From Squalus acanthias (taxonomy: Eukaryota), in NCBI GenBank assembly GCA_030390025.1, contig CM059431.1:136712001-136776000 (forward strand): a stretch of 64,000 bases of DNA, given 5' to 3'. The notes beneath the pieces were generated by a model, which saw only the letters and a list, made by a program, of their open reading frames with translations, had not been told where the DNA came from and made no database searches. Positions 1-12,245 of the stretch are shown piece by piece. A program made the position numbers and the translations under genes. The stretch's first letter is position 1. Each line of letters begins with the position of its first letter.

Positions 1-1790
1 GACATCGATCCACATAAGGATAAATTAGGGCAGATGACCAAAAGGCTGTTCAAAGAGGTAGGTTTTAAGCAGCGTCTTAAAGGAGGAAAGAGAGGTAGCG
101 AGGCGGACAGTTTTAGGCAGGGGATTCCAGAGCATAGGGACTAGGCAACAGAAGGCACGGCCACCAAAGGTTGAGCGATTATAATCAGGGATCCGCAAGA
201 GGGCTGAATTAGAGGGGCGCAGATATCTCGGGGGGCTGTGGGTCTGAAATATTACAGAGATAGGAAGGGGCGAGGCCATGGAGGGATTTGAAAACAAGGA
301 TGAGAATTTTGAAATCAAGGCGCTGCTTAACCGGAAGCCCATGTAGGTCGGCGAGCACAGGGGTTGATGGACGAACGGGACTTGGTGCGAGTTAGGATAT
401 GGGCAGCCGAGTTTTGGATGACCTCAAGTTTACGTACGGTGGAATGTGGGAGGCCAGTCAGGAGTGCGTTGGAATAGTCAAGTCTAGAGGTAGCAAAGGT
501 CTGGATGAGGTTTTCAGCAGCGGATGAGCTGAGGCAAGGGCGGAGACGGGCGATGTTACGGAGGTGGAAGTAGGCGCTCTTAGTTATCAGCTAACATGGG
601 AGCCTGAAAATGAAGTTGGGTGGTCAGCAGTTTGGTGGATTAGGGTCGAAGGAGCAGGAGGTGCGTCTCTTAGACAAGATGAGGTCATGAGGGGAGATCG
701 GAGAGAAACTGGAGAAATATGTGAGTTCAGCGCTTGGGCATGGGGAACCTTAGAGGAAGGTTGACCCAATGGGCTAGGGGAAGGAAGGGGAGTGGCAGAG
801 GGAGCTGAACGGATGGTCTCAATCTTAGAGACAAAGAAATCCATGAGCTCCTCACATTTATTATTGGAGGTGAGGGTGGAGTAGACAGGGGAGAGAGGTT
901 TAAGAAGACGGTTAGCAGCAGAGAATAGGAGCCGGGGTTTATCTTCGCATTCAGGAATTAATCTGGAATAGTGAGCAATTTTGGCAGACGAGAGCAGGGC
1001 CCGAAGTGCTTTACGTGGTCCAGCCAGATCTGGTGATGAATGGCTAAACCAGTTGTCCGCCATTACCGTTCGGGTCTGCGTCCCTTGGATTTAAGGGAGC
1101 GAAGATGAGAGCCATACCAGGGGGAACGCCAGGGTGAGAGAGGGTAATTGTTTCAGTAAGGACTAGGGCATCAAAGATAGTGTTGAGGGTGTGGTTGAGC
1201 AGATTGGTAGCTGCAGAAATGTCATGGTGAATGGAATGCCAGAGGTTGGACAGTTGGGATTTCATAAATGCAGTTGTAAGAGATTTGGGAGAGAGGTTTT
1301 TCCAGGGGTGGACACAGAAGGAACTACCTTTGGGGGGTGGGAGGGGGGGAGCGCGTGGAAGTGGGTTGGGTGTGGAGAGCGATACGAGGAAATGGTCAGA
1401 AATGGCCTTATCTGCAATTGACACGATGGGAGTAGCGAAGCCACGAGGGGGTGGCCGTGAATATGGGTTGGGGACTTTACATGGAGGGAGAGATGAAGCG
1501 AGGATAGGAGGCTAGTGAACTCAGAGGAGAGAGAGCATGATGAATTGAGATGGAGGTTGCAATCACCGAGGATGAGAAGTCGTTCGGTGCAGATGCTGAG
1601 GGAGGAGAACAATGAAGATATCTCAGTAATAACATTTTTATGGCACTTGGGTGGACGTTAGAGAACAAGAATTTTAAATGAGAGGTGAGACGGGTGGAAT
1701 AAGGTGAGATGCTCAAAGGAGGAGAAACTGCCAGAGGAATAGTGGGACAGACCAAGGTGTGATTTGGTGACGAGAGCCACACCGCCACCA
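1..1790 (-). mobile_element. L2-clade LINE remnant (APE endonuclease plus ORF2 C-terminus and 3' UTR; RT core missing)
   Basis: Minus-strand frames give endonuclease motifs (GGGVALV, LLILGDCNLHL, SPTHIHGHPL, ISDHFLV) and an L2-type C-terminus (AYFHLRNIARLRP, SRLDYSNALL, GGRAF..LWNPLP..SFKTLLKTYLF). Many frameshifts. Confidence 0.9.
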
Positions 1791-2529
1791 TATCTCTCAC
1801 TGCAACTTTATTGGCCAGTGTATTTCTATTGAATTGATCAAAGGCGGGATTGGAAGTTAAGACCGAACACATAAAGTTCAACTCAGTGAAGGGTTAACTT
1901 ATTCGCACTGCCCGATTATCGTTCTTGTCCAGCACCGGGAAAATCAGCCTCTGGTTAACTGAGCCCGCAGTGAACGGAGCACTTTCGGAGATAAAACTTG
2001 ACCCCGGATTAATTATAATAATGAAATGCAGTATAACCTCGAAATGTCAGTTTAACTCAGTCAGAGCGGATGTGAATTAGCGGGAGAATGGAACAGGGAC
2101 TTCCGTATTTGCTGAAAAATAGTTCCTTTAATGAGGCGATTATTATCAAAATGGCTGAATAGAAAATCCGTGAGACACGCTCCCTTTAGAGAGAAACAGG
2201 TTCGACGGAAAACGCTTTCAGGGCTGAAACCACCTGTCTCACAGATAGGTGGAAACGATTTACTATCCTTATATAATAATCAGCTCAAATGACCAACAGA
2301 CAGCAGGGCCCCGGGAATTTAAATACATTCGCCTGTTTTACTGCACTAACAGGGATAAGAGATGGAGAAAATGTATAAACAATTTTGTTCACTGTTATAG
2401 TGGCAACGATTTGTTAAATAGCTTCTTTTCGATTTCACCGGATAGGCCTCCCCAGGTTCTGAGGAATATTTTATTTGAAATCCATCTTGAGGACAGGCAG
2501 CAGCTTTCACACACATTTGTCAGTGCGGT

Positions 2530-3460
2530 ACTAGTGTGGGACTGTATCAGTGGGGTGTGGGACTGGGTCTGTGGGTATGGGACTGTGTCTGTGGGGTGTG
2601 GGGCTGGGTCAGTGGGGTGTGGGGCTGGGTCAGTGGGGTGTGGTGCTGGGTCAGTGGGGTGTCGGTGTGGGGCTGGGTAAGTGGGGTGTGGTGCTGGGTC
2701 AGTGGGGTGTGGGACTGGGTCAGTGGGTTTGGGGCTGGGTCAGTGGGGTGTGGGTCTGGGTCAGTGGGATGTGGGACTGGGTCAGTTTGGTGTGGGGCTG
2801 GGTCAGTGGGGTGTCGGTGTGGGTCTGGCTCAGTGGGGTGTGGTGCTGTGTCAGTGTGGTTTGGGTCTGTGTAAGTGTGGTGTGGGTCTGAGTCAGGGGG
2901 TGTAGGGCTAGGTCAGTGTGTTGTGGGCCTGGGCAAGAGGGGTGTGGGGCCGGGTCAGTATGATGTGGGTCATGGGTCAGCGGTGTGTCGGTGTGGGGCT
3001 GGTTCAGTGGGATGGGGGGCTGTGTCAGTCGGGTGTGGGGCTTGGTCAGTCGTGTGTAGGGCTTTGTCAGTGGGGTATAGGGCGAGGTGAATGTGGTGTG
3101 GGACTGGATCAGCGGGTTGTGCGTCTGGATCAGTGGGGTGTGGGGCTGTGTCAGTCGGTATTTGGTGTAGGGCTGGCTGGTTGCTGTTTCTGTGTAGGAC
3201 TGCCTGAGTGGATTGTCCGTGTAGGAGTGGGTCACTGTGGATTCAGGGTATGTTGGGCCAGTGGGGTGTATGTTTGGACTGGGTCAGTGGGGTGTCGCAG
3301 TAGGGATGTTTCAGTAGGTTTTCAGTGTGGGCCTGGCTAAGTATGGGTTTAGGTGTAGGCGAGTGTCAGTGTTTTTTCGGTGCAGTGCGAGGTCAGTGCG
3401 GTTTGATGCAGGCTTCGATCAGTGGAGTTTTGCAGTAGGTTTGTATCAGTTGTATGTTGG
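2530..3460 (+). repeat. G-rich minisatellite, about 21-bp unit GGGTCAGTGGGGTGTGGGGCT, degenerating to the right
   Basis: Tandem units read directly. Confidence 0.9.
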
Positions 3461-3464
3461 TCTA

Positions 3465-3965
3465 CGTCAGGGTCAGTGGGATATCTTTGACAGCATGGGT
3501 CAGTGGGATATCGATGTTGATCTGCGTCAGTGGGATATCGATATTGGTCAGGGTCAGTGGGATATCGTTGTTGGTCTGGGTCAGTGGGATATCGTTGTTG
3601 GTCTGGGTCAGTGGGATATCGTTGTTGGTTTGGGTCAGTGGGATATCGATATTGGTCTGGGTCAGTGGGATAGCGTTGTTGGTTTGGGTCAGTGGGATAT
3701 CGTTGTTGGTCTGGGTCAGTGGGATATCGTTGTTGGTTTGGGTCAGTGGGATATCGTTGTTGGTCTGGGTTAGTGGGATATCGTTGATGGTTTGGCTCAG
3801 TGGGATATCATTGTTGTTTTGTGTCATTTGGATATCGTTGTTGGTTTGGGTCAGTGGGATATCGATGTTGGTTTGGGTCAGTGGGATATCATTGTTGTTT
3901 TGTGTCATTTGGATATCGTTGTTGGTTTGGGTCAGTGGGATATCGTTGTTGGTTCTGGTTCAGTG
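3465..3965 (+). repeat. 27-bp minisatellite type A (GGGTCAGTGGGATATCGTTGTTGGTYT), about 18 units
   Basis: Tandem units; reverse complement of the 40.3-64 kb array unit. Confidence 0.95.
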
Positions 3966-3979
3966 GGTTTAGATGCAGA

Positions 3980-5002
3980 TCTGGGTCAGTGGGTTGTCGG
4001 AGTAGTGTTGGTTCAGTTGGTTTCCGTGTAGGTCTGGGGCAGGTGGATTTCGGAGTAGTGTTGGGTCAGTGGGATGCCGGAGTAATGTTGGGTTAATGGG
4101 ATGCCGGAGCAGTGTTGGGTTAATGGCATGCCGGAGTAGTGTTGGTTCAGTGGGATGTCGGAGTAGCGTTGGGTTAATGGGATGCCGGAGTAGTGTTGTG
4201 TTAATGGGATGCCGGAGTGGTGTTGGTTCAGTGGGATGTCAGAGTAGTGTTAGGTTAATGGGAAGCCGGAGTAGTTTTGGGTAAGTGGGATTTTCGGAGT
4301 CGTGTTAGGTCAGTGTGATGTCGGAGTCGTGTTAGGTTAATGGGATGCCGGAGTAGTGTTGGTTCAGTGGGATGCCGGTGTAGTGTTGGGTCAGTGGATG
4401 CTGGAGTTCTGTTCGGTCAGTGGGAGGCCGGATTAATGTTTCGTCAATGGGTTTCCGTGTAGGGCTGGGTCAGCGGGTGTCGGTGTAGGGCTTGGTCAGT
4501 GGGATGCCGGAATAGCGTTGGGTGAGTGGGTGTCCGTTTAGGGGTCGGACAGTGGGTGTCCGTGTAGGGCTGGGTCAGTGGGATGCCAGAGAAGTGTTGG
4601 GTCAGTGGGTGTCTGTGTAGGGCTGGTTCAGTGGGATGCCTCAGTAGTGTTGGGTCAGTGGGTGTCTGTGTAGGGCTGGTTCAGTGGGATGCCGGAGTAG
4701 TGTTGTGTCAGTGGGTGTCTGCGTGGGGCTGGGTCGATGGGAATCGGAATAATGTTGGGTCAGTGGGAGGCCAGAATAGTGTTTGTTTAGTGGGTGTCCG
4801 GGTAGGGCTGGTTCAGTGGGATGTCAGATTAGTGTTAGGTCAATGGGTGCCTGTGTAGGTCTGTGTCAGTGGGTGTCTGTGTAGGGCTGGTTCAGTTAGT
4901 GTCTGTGTAGGGCTGGGTCAGAGAGGTGCCGGAGTTGTGTTGGGTCAGTGGGTGTCTGTGTATAGCTGGGTCAGTGGGATGCCGGTGTAATGTAGGGTCA
5001 GT
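3980..5002 (+). repeat. 27-bp minisatellite type B (GGGTCAGTGGGATGCCGGAGTAGTGTT and GGGTCAGTGGGTGTCCGTGTAGGGCT variants)
   Basis: Degenerate tandem units; reverse complement of 39175..40290. Confidence 0.85.
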
Positions 5003-5019
5003 CAAAAATAATAAAAATT

Positions 5020-6160
5020 AGGCTTGTCAGCAAAAATGAAGCCCAAGGGATAAAAGGGGCAATAGCAACATGAATACAAAACTGACTGAGAGATAGAAAG
5101 CAGAGAGATATGTTGAATGGTTGTTTTTAGGACTGGAGGCCTGTCTAGACTGTCGTTCCCCAAGGTTCAGTACTAGGACCACTTTTGTTTTTGAAATACA
5201 TTAATGAGGTAAAGGGCACACTTACGAAATTTTCAGATAGCACGAAACTTGTAATTCTAATAAACAGTGAGGAAGATTGTTTTAGACTTCAAGAGAACAT
5301 AGACAGACTGGTGGAATGGGCGGTAACATGACAGATACAATTCAGCGGAAAAAAGTCTGAGGTGAAACAATTGCGTACGAAGATGAGGAGAGACCATACA
5401 GACGAAGCGGTACAATTTTAAATGGGGTGCAAGAACAGAGAGATCTGGGGGGAGTTTTCACAAACGTTGGACGTTGTCTGGACAGGTTAACAAAGCAGCT
5501 AATAAAGCATATGCGATCCTTAGCTGTGTGAATAGAGGTATGGAGTACACAAGCCAAGAAGTTATTATAAACATATATAAAACACCAGGGCGGCCCAGCT
5601 GGATAACTGTATCCAATTCTGGAAACAACACTTTAGGAAGGACGTGAAGGATTTGGAGAGGTTACAGAAGAGATTTACTAGAACGGCTCCAGGAATAAAG
5701 GATATACAGTTACGTGGTTAGCCTGTGGAAGCTGGGTTTGTTCTCCTTAGACCAGAGAAGGACAAGAAGAGACTTCACAGAGGTGTTTAAAATCATGAGG
5801 GTTTCAGATAGTGTAAATTGAAAGTAACTGCTTACAATGGCTGAAGGTTCGATAACCAAAGGGGCAGAATAAATGTGATTGGCAAAATAAATAGTATCTA
5901 CTTGAGAGAAAAACCATTTTCGCAACGAGTGGTTTGGATTTGGAATATACTGCCTGATAAGGTGTGGATACAGATTCAATAGTAGACTTCAAAAGCTTAT
6001 TGGAAAAAATGCTTGAAGGATACAAAATTGCAGGGATATCGGGAAAGAGCGGGGGGCCTGAGACTAACTGGATTGCTCTGTGAAAGAGCCGACACAGACC
6101 CGATGGGACGAATGGCCTCCTTCTGTTCTGTACTATTCTAAGACTCTATGATCCTATGAT
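5020..6160 (+). mobile_element. 5'-truncated, decayed CR1 LINE (RT C-terminal half and 3' UTR)
   Basis: VPQGSVLGPLLF motif near 5155 and KF.DSTKL. The 3' end gatgggacgaatggcctccttct is followed by a (ctatga)-type microsatellite tail. Confidence 0.85.
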
Positions 6161-6278
6161 TGAAACGAAATTTGCTTTGGTACCGTATTGCTCAAATGAC
6201 AACCCATGTGACAATATTTACTCAATTGTTACATCTAAACAGTAATCATGGTTATAAGAATGGTATCGGCTTCCTACT

Positions 6279-6660
6279 AGGAACATAAGAGCAAGAGTAG
6301 GCCATTTGCCCCATCGAGCCTGTTGCGCCATTCAATGAGATAATGGCCGATCTGTAATATGACTCCATATACCCGCCTTTGCCACATATATTATATATCT
6401 GTCAATTTAAGATTTAAAATTAACATTAACAATCCCTCCATGGCCGTTATGCACTTCCTATGGTGTGGTGTCCAGAACTGAGCACAGTACTCCAGGTGTG
6501 GCCTAACGAGGGCTTCGTATAGATGTAGCCTAACTTGTAACCCCTTGTATTCTTGTCTTCTAGATAGAAAGTCCAGCATTTCAGTAGCCTTTTTGATTCG
6601 TGTCTGTACCTCTCCATGACATTTCAACGATCTATGTACATGGACCCAGAATTCATTTTG
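6279..6660 (-). mobile_element. CR1 LINE fragment (3' end plus an ORF2 piece)
   Basis: ORF 6391..6627 contains LYEALVRPHLEYCAQFW. A CR1 3' terminus lies in reverse orientation at 6279..6390. Confidence 0.85.
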
Positions 6661-9600
6661 GATCTCCAGTGATTGTAGCTTTGGAACTCCACTGTTTCTA
6701 GCTTCATGTCTCTCTATTTTCTAGCTTTGGACCTTCAATGTTTCTAGCTTTGGATCTTCACTGTTTCTAGCTTTCGACCTTCACAGTTTCTAGCTTTGGA
6801 TCTCCACTGCTTCAGGCTTTGGATCTTCACTGTTTGTAGCTTTGGATCCCCATTGTTTCTAGCTTTGGACCTCAACTGTTTCTACCTTTGGATCTTCACT
6901 GTTTCTAGCTTTCGAGCTTCACAGCTTCTAGCTTTGGACCTGCAGTGTTTCTAGCTTTGGACTTCCAGTGTTTCCAGCTTCGGAACTCCACCGTTTCTAA
7001 CTTTGGACCTCCACTGTTTTTAGCATTGGAACTCCACTGTTTCTAGCTTCGTGTTTCCTCTATTTTCTAGCGTTGGACCTTCACTGTTTGTAGCTTTCGA
7101 CCTCCACTGTTTCTAGCTTTGGACCTCCACGTTTTGTAGCTTTCGACCTCCACGGTTTCTAGCTTTTGACCTTCACTGTTTATAAATTGGACCTCCAGTT
7201 ACGAGCTTTGGAACTCCACTGTTTCTAGCTTTGGACCTTCACTGTTTCTAGCTTTCGACCTCGACTGTTTCTAGCTTTGGACCTTCACTGTTTCTAGCTT
7301 CGGAACTTCACTGTTTCTAGCTTTGGACCTTCATGTTTCCAGCTTTTGACCTTCACTGTTTCTAGCTTTGGATCTCCACTGTTTCTAGCTTTGGACCTCA
7401 ACTGTTTCTAGCTTTCGATCTCCACTGTTTCTAGCTTTGGACCTCAACTGTTACTAGCTTTGGACCTTCACTGTTTACAGCTTTTGACCTTCACTGTTTC
7501 TAGCTTTGGATCTCCACTGTTTCTAGCTTTGGACCTTCACTGTTTCTAGCTTTGGACCTCAACTGTTTCTACCTTTGGATCTTCACTGTTTCTAGCTTTC
7601 GAGCTTCACAGCTTCTAGCTTTGGACCTCCAGTGTTTCTAGCTTTGGACTTCCAGTGTTTCCAGCTTCGGAACTCCACCGTTTCTAACTTTGGACCTCCA
7701 CTGTTTTTAGCATTGGAACTCCACTGTTTCTAGCTTCGTGTTTCCTCTATTTTCTAGCGTTGGACCTTCACTGTTTGTAGCTTTCGACCTCCACTGTTTC
7801 TAGCTTTGGAACTCCACGTTTTGTAGCTTTCGACCTCCACGGTTTCTAGCTTTTGACCTTCACTGTTTATAAATTGGACCTCCAGTTACGAGCTTTGGAA
7901 CTCCACTGTTTCTAGCTTTGGACCTTCACTGTTTCTAGCTTCGGAACTTCACTGTTTCTAGCTTTGGACCTTCACTGTTTCCAGCTTTTGACCTTCACTG
8001 TTTCTAGCTTTGGATCTCCACTGTTTCTAGCTTTTGACCTCAACTGTTTCTAGCTTTCGATCTCCACTGTTTCTAGCTTTGGACCTCAACTGTTACTAGC
8101 TTTGGACCTTCACTGTTTACAGCTTTTGACCTTCACTGTTTCTAGCTTTGGATCTCCACTGTTTCTAGCTTTGGACCTTCACTGTTTCTAGCTTTGGACC
8201 TCCACTGTTTCTAGCTTTGGACCTTCACTGTTTCAAGCTTTGGACCTCCACTGTTTCTAGTTTTGGACCTTCACTGATTCTAGCTTTGGACTTTCACTGT
8301 TTCTAGCTTTGGACCTTCACTGTTTCTAGCTTTGGATCTCTACTGTTTCTAGCTTTGGACCTTCACTGTTTCTAGCTTTGGACCTTCACTATTTCTAGCT
8401 TTGGATCTCCACTGTTTCTAGCTTTGGACCTTCACTGTTTCCAGCTTTGGATCTCCACTGTTTCTAGCTTTGGACCTCCACTGTTTCTAGCTTTGGATCT
8501 CCACTGTTTCTAGCTTTGGATTACGACTGTTTCCAGATTTGGACCGTCACTGTTTCTAGCTTTGGTTCTCCACTGTTTCTAGCTTTGGATCTTCACTGTT
8601 TCTAGCTCTGGAACTTCACTGTTTCTAGCTTTCGACCTCCACTGTTTCTAGCTTTGGACCTTCACTGTTTCCAGCTTTTGACCTTCACTGTTTCTAGCTT
8701 TGGACCTCCACTGTTTCTAGCTTTGGCCTACACTGTTTCCAGCTTTGGACCTTCACTGTTTCTAGCTTTGGATCTCCACTGTTTCTAGCTTTGGACCTCA
8801 ACTGTTTCTAGCTTTGGATCTCCACTGTTTCTAGCTTTGGACCTGCACTGTTTCCAGCTTTGGACCTTCACTGTTTCTAGCTTTGGATCTCCACTGTTTC
8901 TAGCTTTGGATCTCAACTGTTTCTAGCTTTGGATCTCCACTGTTTCCAGCTTTGGACCTACACTGTTTCAAGCTTTGGACCTTCACTGTTTCTAGCTTTG
9001 GACCTTCACTGTTTCTGGCTTTGGACATCCACCGTTTCTAGGTTTGGACCTTCACTGTTTCTAGCTTTGGACCTTCACTGTTTCTAGCTTTGGATCTCCA
9101 CTGTTTCTAGCTTTGGACCTCCACTGTTTCTAGCTTTGGACCTTCACTGTTTCTAGCTTTGGACCTTCACTGTTTCTAGCTTTGGACCTCCACTGTTTCT
9201 AGCTTTGGACCTTCACTGTTTCTAGCTTTGGACCTTCACTGTTTCTAGCTTTGGACCTTCACTGTTTCCAGCTATGGACCTCCACTGTTTGTAGTATTGG
9301 ACCTTCACTGTTTCTAACCTTGGACCTCCACCGTGTCTAGCTTTGGACCTTCAATGTTTCAGGCTTTGAAACTTCACTATTTCTAGCTTTGCACCTCCAG
9401 TGTTTCTAGTTTTGGACCTCAAGTGTTTCTAGCTTCGGAACTCCACCGTTTCTAACCTTGGAACTTCACTGTTTCTAGCTTTTACCTCCAGTGTTTCTTG
9501 TTTTGGATCGCCACTGTTTCTTGCTTTGGACCTTCACTGTTTCTAGCTTTGGACCTCCAGTGTTTCTAGCTTCGGAACTCCACCGTTTCTAACCTTGGAA

Positions 9601-9772
9601 CTTCTCTATTTCTAGCTTTGGACCTCCAGTGTTTCTAGCTTCGGAACTCCACTGTTTCTAACCTTGGAACTTCACTCTTTCTAGCTTTGGACCTCCAGTG
9701 TTTCTTGCTTTGGATCTCCACTGTTTCTAGCTTTGGATCTCCACTGTTTCTAGCTATGGACCTTCTCTGTGT
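6660..9772 (+). repeat. 23-bp minisatellite (CTAGCTTTGGACCTYCACTGTTT), about 135 units
   Basis: Tandem units, with an internal duplication of about 687 bp. Confidence 0.97.
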
Positions 9773-10064
9773 CTACAACCAAAACTTTATTCTGTTTACC
9801 ATATTTATAAATCACTGATGACAACCGCTTTAAACGCTCCTGTGACATTCGTCTTCGATTATTTTAGCGGCAACTCCAACTTATTTAAAATAAACCACTT
9901 ATTGTCGGGGGAGTTGTTAAAATCAGGGACAACACCAGATCAACAATTTAAAAGTTGTTTTGATGATTCTATCGACAGTCTACCCGAAGCGCTTGTGAAA
10001 GTTTTACTCTGAATTTGCTCAATTCACTTTTCAGTCTAAAACGTTAAATTGTGAGGTTAGATTC

Positions 10065-10470
10065 CGTACAGTTGGCTTTCACTCCCTGGGGAGTAGAAAA
10101 TTAACAGGTGATCTGTTAGAGATGATTACAGTAGGTATAGGGTAGGTAGTAGAGGGAAAATATATACCTCTGGTGGGGGAGTCCAGAATAAGGGGGGACA
10201 TTTTATAATGAGAGCTGGGCCTCTCAGGGCGAATGTCAGGAAGCACTTCTTCACAAAAAGTGTTCTGGAAATCTGGAACGCGTTCCCTCTAAAATGTGTT
10301 GAAGCTGGGGTCAATGAACCGTTCAATACCGAGATTAAAATATTTCGTGTTGGGTAAGGCTATTAAGGATGACAGTACCGAGGCGGGTAATTGGATTTCA
10401 GATACAGATCAACCATGATCTAATTGAATGGCAGAACATGTTCGCTTTGCTGAATGGTCTCCTCCTATTC
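10065..10470 (+). mobile_element. Old CR1 3' fragment
   Basis: aggaagcacttcttcacaaaaag..tggaaatctggaac and the 3' UTR ccatgatctaattgaatggcag..gctgaatggtctcctcct resemble the CR1 ends at 21200-21460. Confidence 0.75.
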
Positions 10471-10544
10471 CTATGTTACTAATCGAGCCAAAGAATCTTA
10501 AACTGGAAAGTGATTCCACTTGAATTATCCGGAATCGACCAAAA

Positions 10545-10569
10545 TCATTTTGTTTATTTTGTTTTACAG
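10545..10569 (+). promoter_or_regulatory. Splice acceptor for the coding exon
   Basis: T-rich tract ttttgtttattttgttttacAG ends 35 nt before the ATG. B3GALT genes typically have one coding exon with upstream non-coding exons. Confidence 0.75.
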
Positions 10570-10604
10570 CTGATTTAAAACATGATGATATTTTCTGGTG
10601 CAAT

Positions 10605-11531
10605 ATGGTGCTCCTAATGAAGTACTACAAATGTTTATTTGTTTGTGTGACCCTTTTGCTGATATCTATAATACTCAGATATTTAAGCATCAACAATTCT
10701 GAGTATTTGACTTACCCAAAGTTAAATGACGCCTCCTACTTAATGCGACCCGATAGCAGGTGTGACGTCAGTCCCCCATTTTTGGTCCTTCTCGTCACCA
10801 GTGCCCAGGACCAGTTCGAAGCTCGCTCGGCCATTCGCCAGAGCTGGGGCAGAGAGCGGACCATACATGACAAAAGGATAGTGACCTACTTCCTGCTCGG
10901 GTACAGCCGGGAGCATCAGGAGCATCTGCTAGAGGAAGGTTTGCTGCACAAAGACATCATACAGAAAGAGTTCAGCGACACTTATTACAACCTGACCACC
11001 AAGGTGCTGATGGGCCTGGAATGGGTGAGCCGATTTTGTCCGTCCGCCTCCTTTGTGATGAAAACCGATTCAGACATGTTTGTCAATGCTGATTATCTGA
11101 CAGAGCTCTTGTCACGAACCAGTCGCAGGCACATCTTCACCGGCTACAGGATATATTCCGGACCCATCAGGGACAAATCCAGTAAATGGTACGTGAGTGA
11201 AGAGGAATACCCTCTGGAAACATATCCGCCATTCTGCTCCGGCACTGGGTACGTGCTCTCGTCCGATGTCGCCTGCCGAGTTTGGAATGTTTCGAAAACC
11301 GTCCCCAAATTGAAACTCGAGGACGTTTTCGTCGCTCTCTGCCTGGCTAAGTTGAAGATAGCGCCGGTGGAACTCCACTCGCGGCAAACATTCTACAATT
11401 CAAAGGTCCAGTTTTCTATTTGCGCCTTTCGGAAACTCGTGACCTCTCACGGGGTGAAACCCGACGAGTTGCTGATCTATTGGAAAGCACTGGCTGATGC
11501 AGCAACTGAGGACTGCCCTGGAGATTCGTGA
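10605..11531 (+). CDS. B3GALT5: Beta-1,3-galactosyltransferase 5-like (GT31 family, type II Golgi membrane protein), 308 aa
   Basis: Intact ORF with an N-terminal transmembrane segment. Motifs PPFLVLLVTS, AIRQSWG, YYNLTTK, FVMKTDSDMFVN (DxD), YPPFCSGTGYV, LEDVFV, ELHS and the C-terminal YWKAL...EDCP match vertebrate B3GALT5 as recalled. Confidence 0.93.
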   Translation: MVLLMKYYKCLFVCVTLLLISIILRYLSINNSEYLTYPKLNDASYLMRPDSRCDVSPPFLVLLVTSAQDQFEARSAIRQSWGRERTIHDKRIVTYFLLGYSREHQEHLLEEGLLHKDIIQKEFSDTYYNLTTKVLMGLEWVSRFCPSASFVMKTDSDMFVNADYLTELLSRTSRRHIFTGYRIYSGPIRDKSSKWYVSEEEYPLETYPPFCSGTGYVLSSDVACRVWNVSKTVPKLKLEDVFVALCLAKLKIAPVELHSRQTFYNSKVQFSICAFRKLVTSHGVKPDELLIYWKALADAATEDCPGDS

Positions 11532-12009
11532 AGGAGGCCACCGTGACGAGGCTTGTCATTTAGCTCTGCAAATTGCACCATCCCTATATTGTGCAGCATC
11601 ATCACACCCATACCAGATACCAAAACTGCTGCTGGTGGTGCGCAGGCATAATACTCACTGCACCTCCAAAGTAATCTGTGTCAAATGCTCTAAGATGATT
11701 CTGGGAGATGCGACAAGGTGTTAGGTTTATCTATCCTTTATTGGAATGTGTACATCTCTATTCATTTCCTCCTTTCTCTTCACATTTATTAAGGATGCCT
11801 CCTGTATGAACAGGCTATGCTGTAATTACACGCTTCTTCCAGTGGTGGTGCTGTAGAGCCTCAGTTTGACGCCTCCCAGCTCGACGCCTGAACCACAGAG
11901 AAGCCAAATCCACATCTCCGCTTCCCAAATTGCAATTTACCTCGATTTCCTAATACAAATAATGATATAAAATCAAGATCTGTAAAGATGTATATTTTTT
12001 AGGTAATTA

Positions 12010-12245
12010 ACGATTGATCCAGAGAGAACATGAGGTGAATTTGTCTCTCGCAGCGAATTGTTATGATCTGGAATGCAGCGCTTTGAAAGGGTGGTGGAAG
12101 CAGTTTCAATAGTAACATTCAAAAGGGAATTGAATAAATAGTTGAAGGGAAAAATGTGCAGGGCTATGGGGGCGGGGGCGGGGGGGGGGTGGGGGAGCAG
12201 GGGAGTGGGACTAAACGGAGGCTCTTTCACAGAGCCGGCACAGAA
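12010..12245 (+). mobile_element. CR1 3' fragment in the probable B3GALT5 3' UTR
   Basis: cagcgaattgttatgatctggaatgc...ttcaaaagggaattg...gcagggctatgggg...agagccggcacag resembles the CR1 end at 5920-6100. Confidence 0.7.

Noticed and set aside
2249..2680. 143-aa ORF as a host exon
   Set aside because: It has a non-ATG start, no recognisable homology, and runs into the minisatellite.
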